From NCBI RefSeq assembly GCF_009914755.1, contig NC_060928.1: a stretch of DNA of 64,000 nucleotides; one strand, written 5' to 3'. This document shows positions 12,641 through 25,270 of the stretch, in pieces (positions within the stretch are counted from its first letter, which is position 1; each line of letters opens with the position of its first letter). Made by a program: the position numbers and the translations under genes. Below the pieces are notes generated by a model. The model saw only the letters and a list, made by a program, of their open reading frames with translations, made no database searches and was not told the DNA's origin. This DNA comes from the human T2T-CHM13v2.0 reference genome, Homo sapiens.

Positions 12641-15284
12641 TTGTAGTAAGACCACTATCAGAAGGAAACCAGGTGGTTCTTGGGACTGATATGCAGTACT
12701 CACTTCAGCCCCTCAAGCTATCTTCTGCTGCCATGGCTCACCTTTTCTGCCCTGGTTAGTATTCTCTCAGGCTGAGAGTCTCTCTTTTTGGCAGAGGTTT
12801 TTGGACACTATTTGGGATCTGGTTTAGATATAAGGTCATCTTAAATAAAGAATCTTACATCCCTGCCAGGATGATAAAATACTTTTTGTCCTATCTGTTA
12901 AGTTCTTTCTAATATAACACCAACTGTCTTTTGGATTGAGTACTCTGGTTTCTACAGAATTTACATTCTATCTGAGAGGAATGCCTTTTCTAGTGAATTT
13001 ATTTTGTTGATCTGCACACCTCATATAAAATTTTTGTGAACACTCTTACTGTAATTTATTTTGATTTGGTTTGACTCTTCTCGTGCTTGTTTCTGAAAAT
13101 CTTCTAAGAACAAAAAATAAACATTCTAAATGATGGATGAAGTATGAGTAATTAAAAGCAACTAGGGTGGTTGTCACCATCTAAAACACTGGTGGAAACT
13201 CCTGACACTCTTTAAAAGAATTTGTCAAATTTTCTTTGCTCCGGAGAGATTAATAAGAAACAAAATGGAATTCTCAAACATTACTCTGTGCCAGGTTTCC
13301 TGGGATTCCAGTCAGCTATATATGATGGCCTGTTCTTGTACACAGTTTTTAAACTAAAGGGCAAATTACATTAAGGAAAATTCAGAGCTTAAATGGTCTT
13401 GACTTGAACTCTTTGAAAGACCTGCAACTATAGAGCTAACCTGTAGAGCCCGCTAAATTCTCTAGCTCTCTAATTTTTTTTCTTCTGCCTACTTTAAATC
13501 TAACTTTTCTACTGGTGTTGAGATAAAACTTATTATTTATGGCATTCCAGCAAATACAAAAGTCTTAAAGGGCTTTCAAGCTAATGGATGTACAGATTAC
13601 CACAGCTCCATCATAATTGTCAGTGAAATGAAAATATAAATATTTTCAGAATTGTCAACATATATTTTTGCCTGGGTTTACTAGCTAATAGTTTTACATT
13701 TGTGTTTGATAGATAATTTTAGGTGTCAGCATTTGACACAAAGATTATAAAGCTATAAACTCAGCCTAAAACAGAATAACCTTTGTATAATTCTTTGACG
13801 CATAAGACTAATCTAACTTTGTTGGCTTAATAAAAATAGCTGTATCTCCTTAGTTATTGGTAAAATACCCATATATTTAACTTTAAGTTTCTTACTTAGG
13901 TAAACAACTGATATTCACAGTATATACAAATTATTAACAGGGAAATAACTTGAAATGATGACTAGCTTTTTCTAATATCTCAATTTTCATAAGTAATCTA
14001 GGTAAACTGTTAAATATTAAATAAATTAGGTAAATGTAAATGGGATAATTATCTATAAACATGAAATCTTAAAATTGTGTTAAATTAAATAATAGATACT
14101 CATTAAATGTCTGAGTTATTTCCAAATAACATTAAAAAATGAAATTACTGAACATAAATATAAGTTTCTTCTAGGCTTCTCAAACTTCATAGAAAGGTTA
14201 AATATATTTGGGTTATTAATATGCATGAATATTTTGTTATAGGGAAACAAATTTCTATAAATTATAAAATGGTTATTATCTATGAGATACTGATATGTGA
14301 GAGTTCAAAATTGCTTGCTAAAAATTAGGGTTGCAAAGGGTTAAAAATCTATTTGCATATGTATATATACACACACATACAAACATACATATATGTAAAA
14401 TTCTATATGTTAGATGTGCAAAAAAATAAGTTTTTAATGAGACAAATTATAATAAGCACATAAAAATGTCCTTTTTTTTTTAGAAAGAAAGAATAATTTT
14501 GTCTAATTTGGAGGTTATTTAAAGGTCATTTCAAAACATGCATTTAAGAAGGAAATAGAAACAAGGCTCAAATGAACCAGAAGTAGAAGGAAGAGACGTA
14601 AATAAAGTTATGGGTATGAAAGTGAATTTTTGATAATAAAGGTTAAAAAGAAAAGAGAATAATTTTATATGAGAGATAATTTTATGTGAGAAATTTTTAT
14701 CCTAAACTAAAATGACTGGTCATTTAGTAAGAGGAAGTATAGAATGTAGAAATTCCAGGCATGTCATAAATGGTCTGAACACATAATGATAATGTTTATG
14801 AAGTAGGAATTTATGAAAGTAATTATGTGCATGATTAAGTTGCTATATCTAGAAAAAATTATTTATAAGTATTTCTAAAACTTGAGCTTTGATATTAAAA
14901 ATACACTAAAACAAAATGAAAAATTTGGTTCCCTATGTTCAGACAAGGTTTTCTTAAAGTATTCTTTTGTTTTTTGTAAAACTGCAAAAGGTATTGATTT
15001 TTAATTCTGAAATCTGTTTCTTTAACAGACATCTTCTAAACTGTTGAAAGTTTCTCTTTCTGCACATTTATTCCTGAGATCCACTAAATTTTCCTTGTTT
15101 TAGGGTGGAAATGCTGTCTTTTTCATTCAGAATGGTAATTTCATTTCTTGAGGTAAAATTTCTCTTTTTCAAGCTTCTCAGATTTATATCTCAGAGTTTC
15201 AACTCTTGCCATATCTCACTTCACATGATTTGCAGGTCATGCATCATTGCCTTTGGCTATCCTTCTTTCTCCCCGTAGAAAGGC

Positions 15285-15345
15285 AGATAGAGATAGAGAT
15301 AGAGATAGAGATAAAGATAGAGATAGAGATAGAGATAGAGATGAT
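15285..15345. repeat. (AGATAG)n hexanucleotide microsatellite
   Basis: About 9-10 near-perfect units; explains the DRDRDR ORF. Confidence 0.95.
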
Positions 15346-15936
15346 ATAGATATTTGTTTGGCTGGGATGATAACTCTCTTTTTCAGCCTTTTCATCAGCT
15401 CCTATAATTTTTTTTTCCTAGTTCCAACTCTGCTGTTATGGCCTGATGCTGAAACCTTCCAACACCTAGAAAAGCAATGTCTTCCTTCAGTATAACTTGC
15501 TTCCATACTCATAGCTTTCATGATGTGTCTGAATTCTTTCATGTAGCCAGTGAACTTGACACACTTTTACTTTTTTCTAAGAGCCATGTATTCCCCTGCT
15601 TAATGTACTAGCTTTCTTGTTTACATTCTTCTCTAATATAATATACACTAATAACCTTGGGCATGTATTCTTCTTGTGTCTGATTAAATTCAAGTACTCT
15701 TTTCATCAGGTTCAACTTCCAGGTTGTCTAAATGGGCTTCCCATTAGGAGAAACAATCTCATTATGGGTGGTTTCTCTGTGCTTTTTTGGCAACTGGCCT
15801 TAAAAAATAGAATTTAGGTTTTATTAAGATAATTTCCTATGTTGTCTTCCTTACGTTTTTGATTACTTAGGAAAACTGATCTGTGAAAGTGTTAAGGTTT
15901 TTAAATCCATGTAACTTTATGTATTACTTTGGAAGT

Positions 15937-18412
15937 TGATATGGTTTGGGTGTGTGTCCCTTCCAAATCTCATGTTAAAATGTAATCGTCAATGTTGAAG
16001 GTAGGGCCTAGTGGGAGATATTGGATCATGCGGCAGATCCTTCATGAATGGCTTAATGTCACCTCCTTGGTAATGACTGAGTTCTTGCTTAGTTAATTCA
16101 TGTGAGATCTGATTGCTTAAAGGAGTCTAGGACCTCTCCCTTCTCTCTCTTGCTTCCTTTCTCACCATGTGATATGCCTGCTCCCCCTTCATCTTCCACC
16201 ATGACTGTAAGCTTCCTGAGGCCCTCACCAGAAGCAGATGCCAGCACCACACTTCTTGAACAGCCTGCAGAACCATGATCCAAAATAAACCTCTTTTCTT
16301 TATAAATTACCCAGCCTCAGGTATTTCTTTAGAGCAACACAAGTATGGACTAACACAGAAAATTGGTACCAAGGACTACGGCATTGCTGTAAAGATACCT
16401 GAAGACAGAGAAGTGGCTTTGGAACTGGGTAACAGGCAGAGGTTGGAAGAGTTTGGAGGGCTCAGAAGAAGAAAGGGAGATAAGGAAAAGTTTGGAACAT
16501 CTTAGAGACTGGTTAAATGGTTGTGACCAAAATGCTGGTAGAAATGGAGACAGCGAAGGCCAGGCTGATGAGGTCTCAGGTGAAAATGAAGACGTTATTG
16601 GGAATTGGAGTAAAGGTAACCTGTGTTATACCTTAGCAAAGAGCTTGACTGCATTCTGTTCATATCCTAGGAATCTGTGGAAGTTTGAACTTAACAATGA
16701 TGACTTAGGGTATCTGGCAGAAGAAATTTCTAAGTAGCAAAGCGTTCAAGAGGTAACAATCAGATATGGAAGCAAAGAAATGACTTAAAGTTGAAGTTTG
16801 TTATTAAAAGGGAAGCATAGCCTAAAAGCTTGGAAACTCAGCAGCCTGGCATTGTGGTAAAGAAGGAAAAAGCATTTTCAGCAGAAGAATACAAGTGGGC
16901 TGCAGAGCAACCACTTTCTAAATACATTAGCATGACTAAAAGGGAGCCAAGTGTTAATATCCAAGAAAATGGGAAAAAGGCCTCGAAGGCATTTCAGAGA
17001 TCTTCAAGGAAGCCCCCTCTTTCACAGACCTAGAAGTCTAGGAGAAAAGAATGGTTTAGTGGGCCAGGCCCAGAGCACTGCTGCACTGCTCAGTCTCAGG
17101 ACACAGCTCCTTGCATCCCAGCAGCTGTGGCTCCAGCCTTGGCTCTACAGGCCCCAGATACAGATTGGGCTGCTGCTTTGAGAACACAAGCAGCTGGAAA
17201 CCTTGATAGCTTCCATGTGGAGTTAGACAGAGAATGCAAGAGTAAAGGAGGCTTCAATGCTTCCAACTGGATTTAGGAAGATGTATCAGAAAGCCTGGGT
17301 GCCAAGACAGAAGGCTACAACTCAGACTCTACAAGGGCAGAGTCCCTGCAAAGATTCTCTACTACAGCAGTGCCAAGGAGACATGTAGGATTGAAGTCCC
17401 CACATAAAGCTCCCACTGGGTCACTGGCTAGGAAAGCTGTGGGAAGTGGGTAATAACCCTGCATCCCCTAACATGGTAGAGCCAGCAGCAGCTTGCCCCC
17501 TTAGCCTGGTAAAACAGCAGTCACTCAATTCCAACTGGTGAGAGTAGCTACAGAGGCTGCACCCTGCAAAGCCAAAGGGCAGAGTTTGCCCAGAGCTGCC
17601 CAAGGCCATGTGAGCCTACCTCTTGTACCACTGTCCTCAAAATGTGGGACATGGAGTCAAGGGAGATTATTTTGGAGCTTTAAAGTTTCATGTCTGCACT
17701 GATCGGTTTCAGATTTGTGTGGGGCCTGTTACCTCTTTCTTTTGGCTTATTTCCCCCATTTGGAATGGAAATTTTTACCCAATGCCTATACCATCATTGT
17801 ATATTGGAAGTAAGTAACTCGTTTTTTATTTTATAGGCTCATAGGTAGAAGGAATTTGTCTTGAGTCTCAGATGAGACTTAGGACTTTGAACGTTTGAGT
17901 GGATACTGGAGGTTTGTAACACTTTGGCGGACTATTGGAGAGGGATGATTGTATTTTGTAGTTTAAGAACATGAGATCTGGGGAGCCAGAGGTGGAATGA
18001 TATGGTTTGGATGTATGTCCCCTCCAGATCATCTTGAAATGTGATTCCCAATGTTGGAGGTGGGACCTAGTGGGAGGTGTTGGATCATGGAGGCAGATTT
18101 GTCATAAATGGTTTCACTCCATCCCCTTGGTGTTGAGTGAGTTCTCTCTCAGTTCATGCAAGATCTGGTTGCTTTAAAGAGTCTAGAGCCTCCCCCTTCT
18201 CTCTTTGCTTCTTCTCTTACCATGTGATACACAGAATCCCCTTTCAACTTCTGCCATCACTGTAAGCTTCCTAAGGCTTCACCAGAAGCAGATGCTGGCA
18301 CCACGCTACTTACAGAGTTTGCAGAACCTTGAGCCAAAATAAACCTGTTTTCTTTATAAATTACCAAGCTTCAGTTTTTTTTTTAATAGTAATGCTGCAA
18401 TGGACTAACACA
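15937..18412 (+). mobile_element. Complete MST (MSTA/B-like) MaLR element: LTR 15937-16357, internal 16358-17997, LTR 17998-18412
   Basis: Both LTRs begin TGATATGGTTTGG and end GGACTAACACA; perfect TSD GAAGT at 15932-15936 and 18413-18417. Confidence 0.95.
16400..16737 (+). pseudogene. Decayed MaLR internal ORF remnant
   Basis: Translation 'LRDWLNGCDQNA...QADEVSGENEDVIGNWSKGNLCYTLAK...LWKFELNNDDLGYLAEEISK' resembles the MST/THE1 internal ORF; broken by stops and frameshifts. Confidence 0.8.
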
Positions 18413-19499
18413 GAAGTGTTTTGATTATTACTTTGCTTAAACGAAAATGTATTCTTGTAGAGTGACCTGTGATTCTGTTTTGATCAAGTCATTTGACACT
18501 TTGACATCTTTTACAGGTTTCCCTGGGACCAAAATTCTGAATTAAGCCTCTGTGGTGTAAAATTAACTGAGATTTTCCAGTTGGGCCCCTAATGATCCTT
18601 AAAGAATGTATCTCTTATAGAGGTATTAAATGATTAAGCTTACCTGGTAAATTGTATAGGAAGCATTGTCAAATGATAAGTTGTACTAGATGTTCCTCCA
18701 GTTACATTTATGGGTATGTTTTTGACATAAATGTTTCAAAAGTGATATCAGTATATAGAAATCTAGTAAGTTATGAGGCATAATTCTGGTTGTTATGTTA
18801 AATCTTTCCTAAAGTTACATTTTTTATGAGTATGTTATTTATGTGAGTATTCTAATGATTATATAAAATGTATAAAAGTGTTGGTTTTGATATGATGCTA
18901 TCAGTCATGATTCTAGTTATCTTAAATGCTGTATTTAATAGAAACAACTCAATTTCCTTGTCAATCATCAGATTTTTAATCATGGCTATTCTAAGCTTTT
19001 CTCATCCAGAGTTATTGGTTTGAATTTTTCTTTAAAAGCATTTTGAAAACTACACTCCAAAATTGTTTCATGAAAAAGACTCTAACAAGTACTTTGTGGA
19101 CATAGATTTCTGATAAGTTTAAGATTGATGCACTAAAAAAAACTTTCCAGACTCGAATAAAAACAAAAGAATTTATAAAACTGCTAACAAAGATCAAGCA
19201 AAATAAAAAATCAATTACATGAAATTCAGTAACTTCTGAAAATAAGGTTTTTATGACCTTTATTTGAAGGATTGTTGACTATTTACTTACATGCTTTATT
19301 TTCCAGATTTAAGAAAATTTTCTCTCTTAAATGACCTACAATTTACAACAATTTGGTAAAGTATACTTGAGTGAACAAAGATGGAAGCATTTACTTTTTC
19401 TCCCTACTTGATCCCCCAAAATTCAGAAAATATTCATGAGTATTCTTATTTTTATGACAATACAGTTATTTGCAATAGTTCAACAAAAAATTGGATCCC

Positions 19500-19612
19500 C
19501 AGCATCCCCCTTCAACTTCCGCCATCATTGTAAGTTTCTTAAGACCCTCACCAGAAGCAGATGCTGACACCATGCTACTGATACAGGTTGCAGAAGCTTG
19601 AGCCACAATAAA
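19500..19612 (+). mobile_element. Isolated ~110-bp MST LTR fragment (copy of 18232-18343)
   Basis: Hand alignment to the MST 3' LTR shows shared variants that the 5' LTR lacks. Confidence 0.85.
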
Positions 19613-20376
19613 TTCTCTCTTTTTACAGCAGGATATAATTGGTTACGTTACTGAGGCTTTGACTGAAATAATATTCAAGAATGTGCATAAAATGCCTAGC
19701 TTCAAGGATTCCCAGTCTTATAGTGAGTTGGCAAATAAATAAATAAACAAACAAATAAATACTGTTATTTGCTAGCAGGCCCAAGAACCTCAAGACTGTA
19801 AGTACAATCTAAAGTCAGTCTTGGTTTGGCTTCCTGTCTCAAGAGGTTTTAAAAATCTGGTATTCCTATGTAATCAATGCAGAGAGAGGAAAATATATTT
19901 CTAAAAGAAAAACTGTAATACACCTGTTAGATTGCAACCCTATGCATTGTTTTCAAATTCTTGTTATCTACCTGGAGACTAGACTAGGTCCTAAATTCTT
20001 CTAATTTTATTCAATATTTGGCTACAACTGTCCAACTAAAACCAAAATTTCTATTTTCCTGAAGCCCTAGCTGAAACTAGAAGCATTTTAAGAAATAAAG
20101 CTTGTGCCTGATGTATGGGCTGCACAGAAAGTCCACTAAACTGCTGGATGCAGGAGAAGGTGACATTTTTACACTGTAAAAAGTTCTTCCCAAGGCTTCA
20201 GAACAGGACTGTGTATCATAATGAGATTCTTACCCCTCTAAAGGCCTACCTTTTTATATAGCAGAATAATGTTGTATGTAATGAAATTTCACAAGCAGTA
20301 TCTTCTTCTGGTAACTTAACAGAACTTAACCTAAAAAAAAAAATCCCTTAGAATCCCTTAGTTAAGTAAGAAAAAT

Positions 20377-20680
20377 ATCTGTACAATTGCTAATACTGCT
20401 TGGTGGACCTGGAAAAATCCCTCTGGGAAAGTTGAGACTCATATACGCAAAATTTAAAAAACAGGCCACACAGTTACAACCTAACTCCCTAAGGTCATTT
20501 GATTTATTAAACTGACTGCCTTTAAGCTTGGGTTTATGGCTGAAAACTATTATACAAACTGGGATTGTCATATTAATATTAATTTTATTTTGTATTTTCC
20601 CTTTTAAAACTTCGTATCTATTACTTGTTAAATTTTTTGCAGAAGTACTACTAACAGAATAATATTGGCCCAGCACTTTG
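20377..20680 (+). pseudogene. Retroviral env transmembrane-subunit remnant
   Basis: Translates ICTIANTAWWTWKNPSGKVETHIRKI* (degenerate CX6CC region), followed by a hydrophobic anchor LGLWLKTIIQTGIVILILILFCIFPF. It lies just upstream of the PPT. Confidence 0.75.
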
Positions 20681-20951
20681 ACATGATAACAAAAGACTGT
20701 GGAACAGACAAAATTGAACTCAATAATGGACTCCAAGTAGATTTTGCTTTAGAGACATTTCCTTCAAAACTCCCTAGCTGCTGAAATGTGGCTAAAAAAA
20801 GTTTTGAATACTGATTCCTAGTTGCTAATCATTCCCCCTAATGTGGGATGAAACCAGCAAGCAGGAAAGAGTCATCCAGGCACCAAGGATCATTAAAACC
20901 TAACTGCAGGATGATTGATCAGTGATGCTTTTGGAAAAAAAAACCTTGATC

Positions 20952-20963
20952 AAAAGGGGCAAA
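20952..20963 (+). other. Polypurine tract
   Basis: AAAAGGGGCAAA immediately before the TG of the 3' LTR. Confidence 0.8.
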
Positions 20964-21422
20964 TGTGAAAGCTGTCAGAGTAAAAAGAAGTCACTAATAT
21001 TGAAAGCAATAAAGAACCCTAACAAAGAGAGCCAGGGAAGTCTATGAAGGAGGGGTTCTCATGCTTGTGTGCCCGATAACAAAGCTATCACAAAAGACTC
21101 CACAAAAACCATAACCTTGAACTAAGGTCATTGCAATCTTATACTAAAAAAACAAAATCCTTCTGCAAGGACATCTCTCCAGCAACTGCCTGTCCAACTT
21201 TGAATTGGCATCACCCTTGTTATTGATCTTTGTAGCCAAGGATAATTATCTCAAAACAGTTATGTGATCCTCCTCATTTTTTGTTTAAAAACTTTTGTCT
21301 TCCTTTACCTCCCAGAAAAAGCACATAGTTTAATATGGCATGGGTATTCCCATTGCAATGTTCTACTCCTGAATAAATATAGTTTTCTTTTAGAGAGGCT
21401 CTCTTTGTTATTTAGGTTGACA
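20964..21422 (+). mobile_element. 3' LTR of the provirus (uninterrupted, ~460 bp)
   Basis: TGTGAAAG...AATAAA...TTTAGGTTGACA; homologous to the 5' LTR. Confidence 0.9.
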
Positions 21423-21859
21423 TCACCAAGTTGGCAAGGGAGCAACAGCATAAGCCTTTGTGCTCAGGGTACAGCATGGCACAGACCTGAAGGGAACTTT
21501 TTGCAAGGAACAAAAATAATATGGCAGGATCTGCATTTAATAAAACCAAAGTCACAATGAACATGAGGTGGCTCAGCAGATACCAATACGTTCAGGTGCC
21601 AACCTAAGCAGGTACCTCCCTCCCTCGTTGTCCGCCTTGAGTCTGCATCATTCGAGTCTTCCTGGAATTTAAAAAGCAATCTTAGATAAATGTCAAGTGG
21701 GGACCCTTAAGCTTACATAGATTAAACATCTCCATTTGGAGAAGAGAGGCAAGTTTCGTCTAACGATAAAAACAATAAGGATGAATTTAGATGAATACCA
21801 AATTCATCTAAAATATCAAATTCACCCTTCAGATGAATATCAAATTTAAGAAAAGAATA

Positions 21860-22515
21860 AGGCTTGTTGAAATGGCAAATGTGTGGATAGTTGGCCCAGG
21901 ACTCAGAAAGCAATAAATAACTGATCAATGGACCACATCCCTCAAGATGAAATGTAATGGGGACAATGTGGACATAATGTAAATATTTTAGTAGATGGCA
22001 TGGGCTTAGCTGCAGAGTGTGTAAATAGCTAAAGTTTCAATGACCATTAAATGCATTAATAAAATTAAAATAATGAAGAAAGGGGGACAGTTCTAATTAA
22101 AGGCACTAGTCAAGATATTCTTGGAGTAGTGTGTGTGTGTGTGTGTGTGTGCACGTGTGTGTGTCCTGGAAACGAGAATTGAGGGGACTGAAAAGAAAAG
22201 AACTGACTTATATGGCTGACTTCACATGATAACAGCTATTACATGAAAGAGTAATTAAATTTTTCTGTGGTCCTTGTGGGTAGAATTAAGGCCATTTGCA
22301 AAATATATACAAGGAGAGATTTTTTTTTAACCTAGAAAGAAAGAACTTTTTACACATAAAACTGTCTGAAGATAGAGTAAGTAGTAAGTTCCCTGTCACT
22401 GGAAAGGAGATTCTGGTTTTGCAGTGAGGATCTGGAGGGAGAATTCAAATATCAAATGGGTGATAGAGGGTCAAATAAATTTTTAATCCTTCCCAAGTCT
22501 ACGATTTCATGGTAT
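21860..22515 (+). mobile_element. L3/CR1 LINE 3' fragment
   Basis: 'aaatgcattaataaaa...ggcactagtcaagatattcttggagtagtgtgt' resembles the CR1 ORF2 motif CIN...ALVRPHLEYCV; 'gtagtaagttccctgtcactgga' and 'ccttcccaagtctacgatttcatg' resemble the L3 3' end. Confidence 0.55.
22129..22164. repeat. (GT)n microsatellite
   Basis: Seen directly; one CAC interruption. Confidence 0.95.
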
Positions 22516-22914
22516 TATAACAGTTAGACTTTTGAACTATGCAGAAAATTGGAAAGGAGTTGAAAAACCGAGAGAATGATTGTTAGAAATCATTATAAGT
22601 TGCAGTGGCTGCTTCTGGAACACAAATAATGGAAAAGGTATAAAAGCTAAATGTTTTCATTTTTTTATAATCCAAAATGCATTATGAATATTTCTTGTGC
22701 CACTGCATTTAGTAAATAATGTAAAAATCTTGACATGTATATTTTGCATAAAATGAATAACCTGAGATGCAGAAACACCATGTCGATTTATGCAATCCAG
22801 TGGGCATTTTTGAGACAGTAAAGCCTCACTGAGAGGCCCCCAGGTACTGTCTGCCTCTGGACAATGTAATGAGGACATGGAAAATCTATGGCTTTCTGTT
22901 GCCTTCACATTTCC

Positions 22915-23376
22915 ATCAACTGGGATGATTTCAGGAACATGTAACAGAAAATCCAACTAAACAAGGTTATGGTATAATACTACATTGTGTGGTAAGAAGC
23001 CCAGAATAAGGCACTTATAGGAGTGATGAATTCAATGGCTCGGTGTTGTCAGGTATTCAGGTTGAGTTCTCTGTGGTTCTTGTGGACTTTCCCTTCATAG
23101 CAGCAACCTGGCTGAACAACATAAACCACCATGTAAGCCGCTCGTCACACATGATAATGTCTAAGGGGAAAAAAGAGTGTTTAACAAAACATCACTGATA
23201 AAGGAGATGAGATGACCCTGAGTAACTTAGGTTAATTTACATTTTACCTTCTGTGTGGGGCCAGAAGTAGGCAAATGGGTGTTCAATGTCTGAACGAAAG
23301 CAGGATTTTTTAGCAGGGAAGAGATGCAATGGAACAGGTATGGATTTTATCTAGGTAACTAACAGTGTCTGCCACA
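22915..23376 (-). mobile_element. Old MLT1 (J/K-like) LTR
   Basis: 'catgtaacagaaaatccaactaaacaagg' near the start and terminal 'ggtaactaacagtgtctgccaca'. Confidence 0.5.
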
Positions 23377-23419
23377 GCTTCTTGTGCCAGGGTCCAATGC
23401 CTGTTTTGAAACAAAAATA

Positions 23420-23845
23420 CTATAGTAATGTGTCACGTAACAAAGAACCTCAACCAAGCTAAAAGCAACAGAAATTCATGTCTTGCAGTTCAGGAAGGAA
23501 GGTATTGGCTAGGCGATGCTTCCTCTAAAATCTGTAGGAAACTCCTTCATTCCCTCTTCCTAGGCTCTGATGTTTGCCAGCAATCCTTGGCATTCCTCAG
23601 CTTGTAGATACATTGTTCCAATCTCTGCCTCCGTCGTCACATGGCTGTCTTCCTCCTGTGTGTCTGTGTCTTCTCTTCTTATAAGGACGCCAGTCATATT
23701 GAATTAGGACCTGCCCAAATGACCTCATTATAACTTGATGACACTACTAAGACCCTATTTCCAAACAGGGTCATATTCACTGCAGTGCCAGAGGTTAAAA
23801 TTTACATGTATTTTTTGGGGAGAGGGCACAATTTAACCCATAATA
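23420..23845 (-). mobile_element. MLT1B/C-like solo LTR
   Basis: 'gcaatccttggcattcctcagcttgtagatac...ctctgcctccgtcgtcacatggc...cttataaggacgccagtcatattgaattagg...aagaccctatttccaaacagggtcatattcac'. Confidence 0.85.
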
Positions 23846-25270
23846 CTTACACAGTGACACTCTTCAAGGGATCCCAACCTTGCCTGTATGGAGTCTTCCT
23901 CTATAAACAAGGTCCAAGGTTTCTTCTTCTACACAGTATGGGTATGGAGACACCAGGGTATATTGATAAGAGCACCAAACAGTATGGTATGCTGGAAAGA
24001 GCATCAAAACAAGGTTTGAAGACTTGAACACTATTTGGATCGTCTTAGGAAAGGCAATTATTTTCTCTTAACCTGTTAGTTTCCTCGCTGTTACTCATCT
24101 AAGAACTTCCCAGGCAAAAGGTACTCTGACCTCAAGGCATTGCTTGCCTCATGCCAGAGCTGTGTGGCTCTTTATGGAGATGAACATATCTTGCCATTGC
24201 CTGATACCATTAAACATTCATTTATTTTACTCATTTCTAGTGCAATATTTCCAAAGCACTCTTATTACAAAGTCTTCCCACATGATGTGCTTATAGATGT
24301 GAATTTCCTTTCTCCAAAATTTTTATATTTCTCAATATAATTTGAACCATTGTCCTTTAAATGTTGTGAAAAAAATAAAGATTTCAGGTTTTTTTTCTTT
24401 CTAAATTCTTGGTTGTAAAATGTCATGTTATTTTCCTTTAGTACGTCAGGTTTACAAGGCAATGCGACCTTCCTGTTTTTATTCATATACAATGTCTTTA
24501 TATTAGAAATTTGTAATCTCAAATGCTTAGGGTGTAATAAGGAATACATAACAATTGAGATTTTTTTAAAAAAATTACAAAATAATAGGAAAGTTTATGG
24601 GTGAATGAACTTATTACCAGTGGCATTTTTAATGAAAAACACTCTGACCTGCATTTCCAGGAGCAGAATGGTTCAGAAGAAAAGTGAATTTCTCAAATTC
24701 CACTGGCTTCTTTAACAAAGGTTCATGAGTTTGGGTGTGTGAATAAGCAAGCCCAATGCAGGTCTAGCTGAGTTGGCATGAGGTTAGGGAAAGGGGCTGT
24801 ATTGACAGACAAATGAGATCACTCATTCTAATCCATTCCAGGATAGCCAGAAGGTTTCAAAGAGGCTCAATAATGAGAGTTGCCTCTTATTCTGGGTCAG
24901 GAGACACACTCGTGCCTTCGTGACTATTTTAATTAATGTTGTTGTCTGCCTGGTATGCTTTCTTCTTTTTATTCTAATGGAATATGCCTTCCTATCCACA
25001 TGGTGGGTCTGTCACATAGGCTGGAACTGTCATATCATCCCATGACCCTGGTGTTCTGGATTTTTTGTTGCAATATCATCCCCTTTAGCAGGAAATAGGC
25101 TGATAAAGCTGAGCAGTGTCTGAGGAGGCATAGCACACATGCAACTACTTCAGATATGGCTAAGGAGGATAAGAGGTAAAGAACAAGCTCTCAGAGGGCT
25201 GGGCTAAGAGCCACAGAAAACAGTGGATGAGGACATCAACCCAGGGAGAAGACAGTGTTTATTCAAGGTA

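Larger units (their letters stand above)
11740..21422 (+). mobile_element. Two-LTR non-autonomous ERV (MER4-group/ERV1, LTR37-like LTRs) with nested insertions
   Basis: Direct-repeat LTRs at 11740-12618 and 20964-21422 (TGTGA...GGTTGACA), PBS after the 5' LTR, PPT before the 3' LTR, env TM remnant and an AT-rich degenerate internal region. Confidence 0.9.

Noticed and set aside
15247-15495. ORF with a DRDRDR repeat resembling splicing-factor RD domains
   Set aside because: It is the translation of an (AGATAG)n microsatellite inside an ERV.
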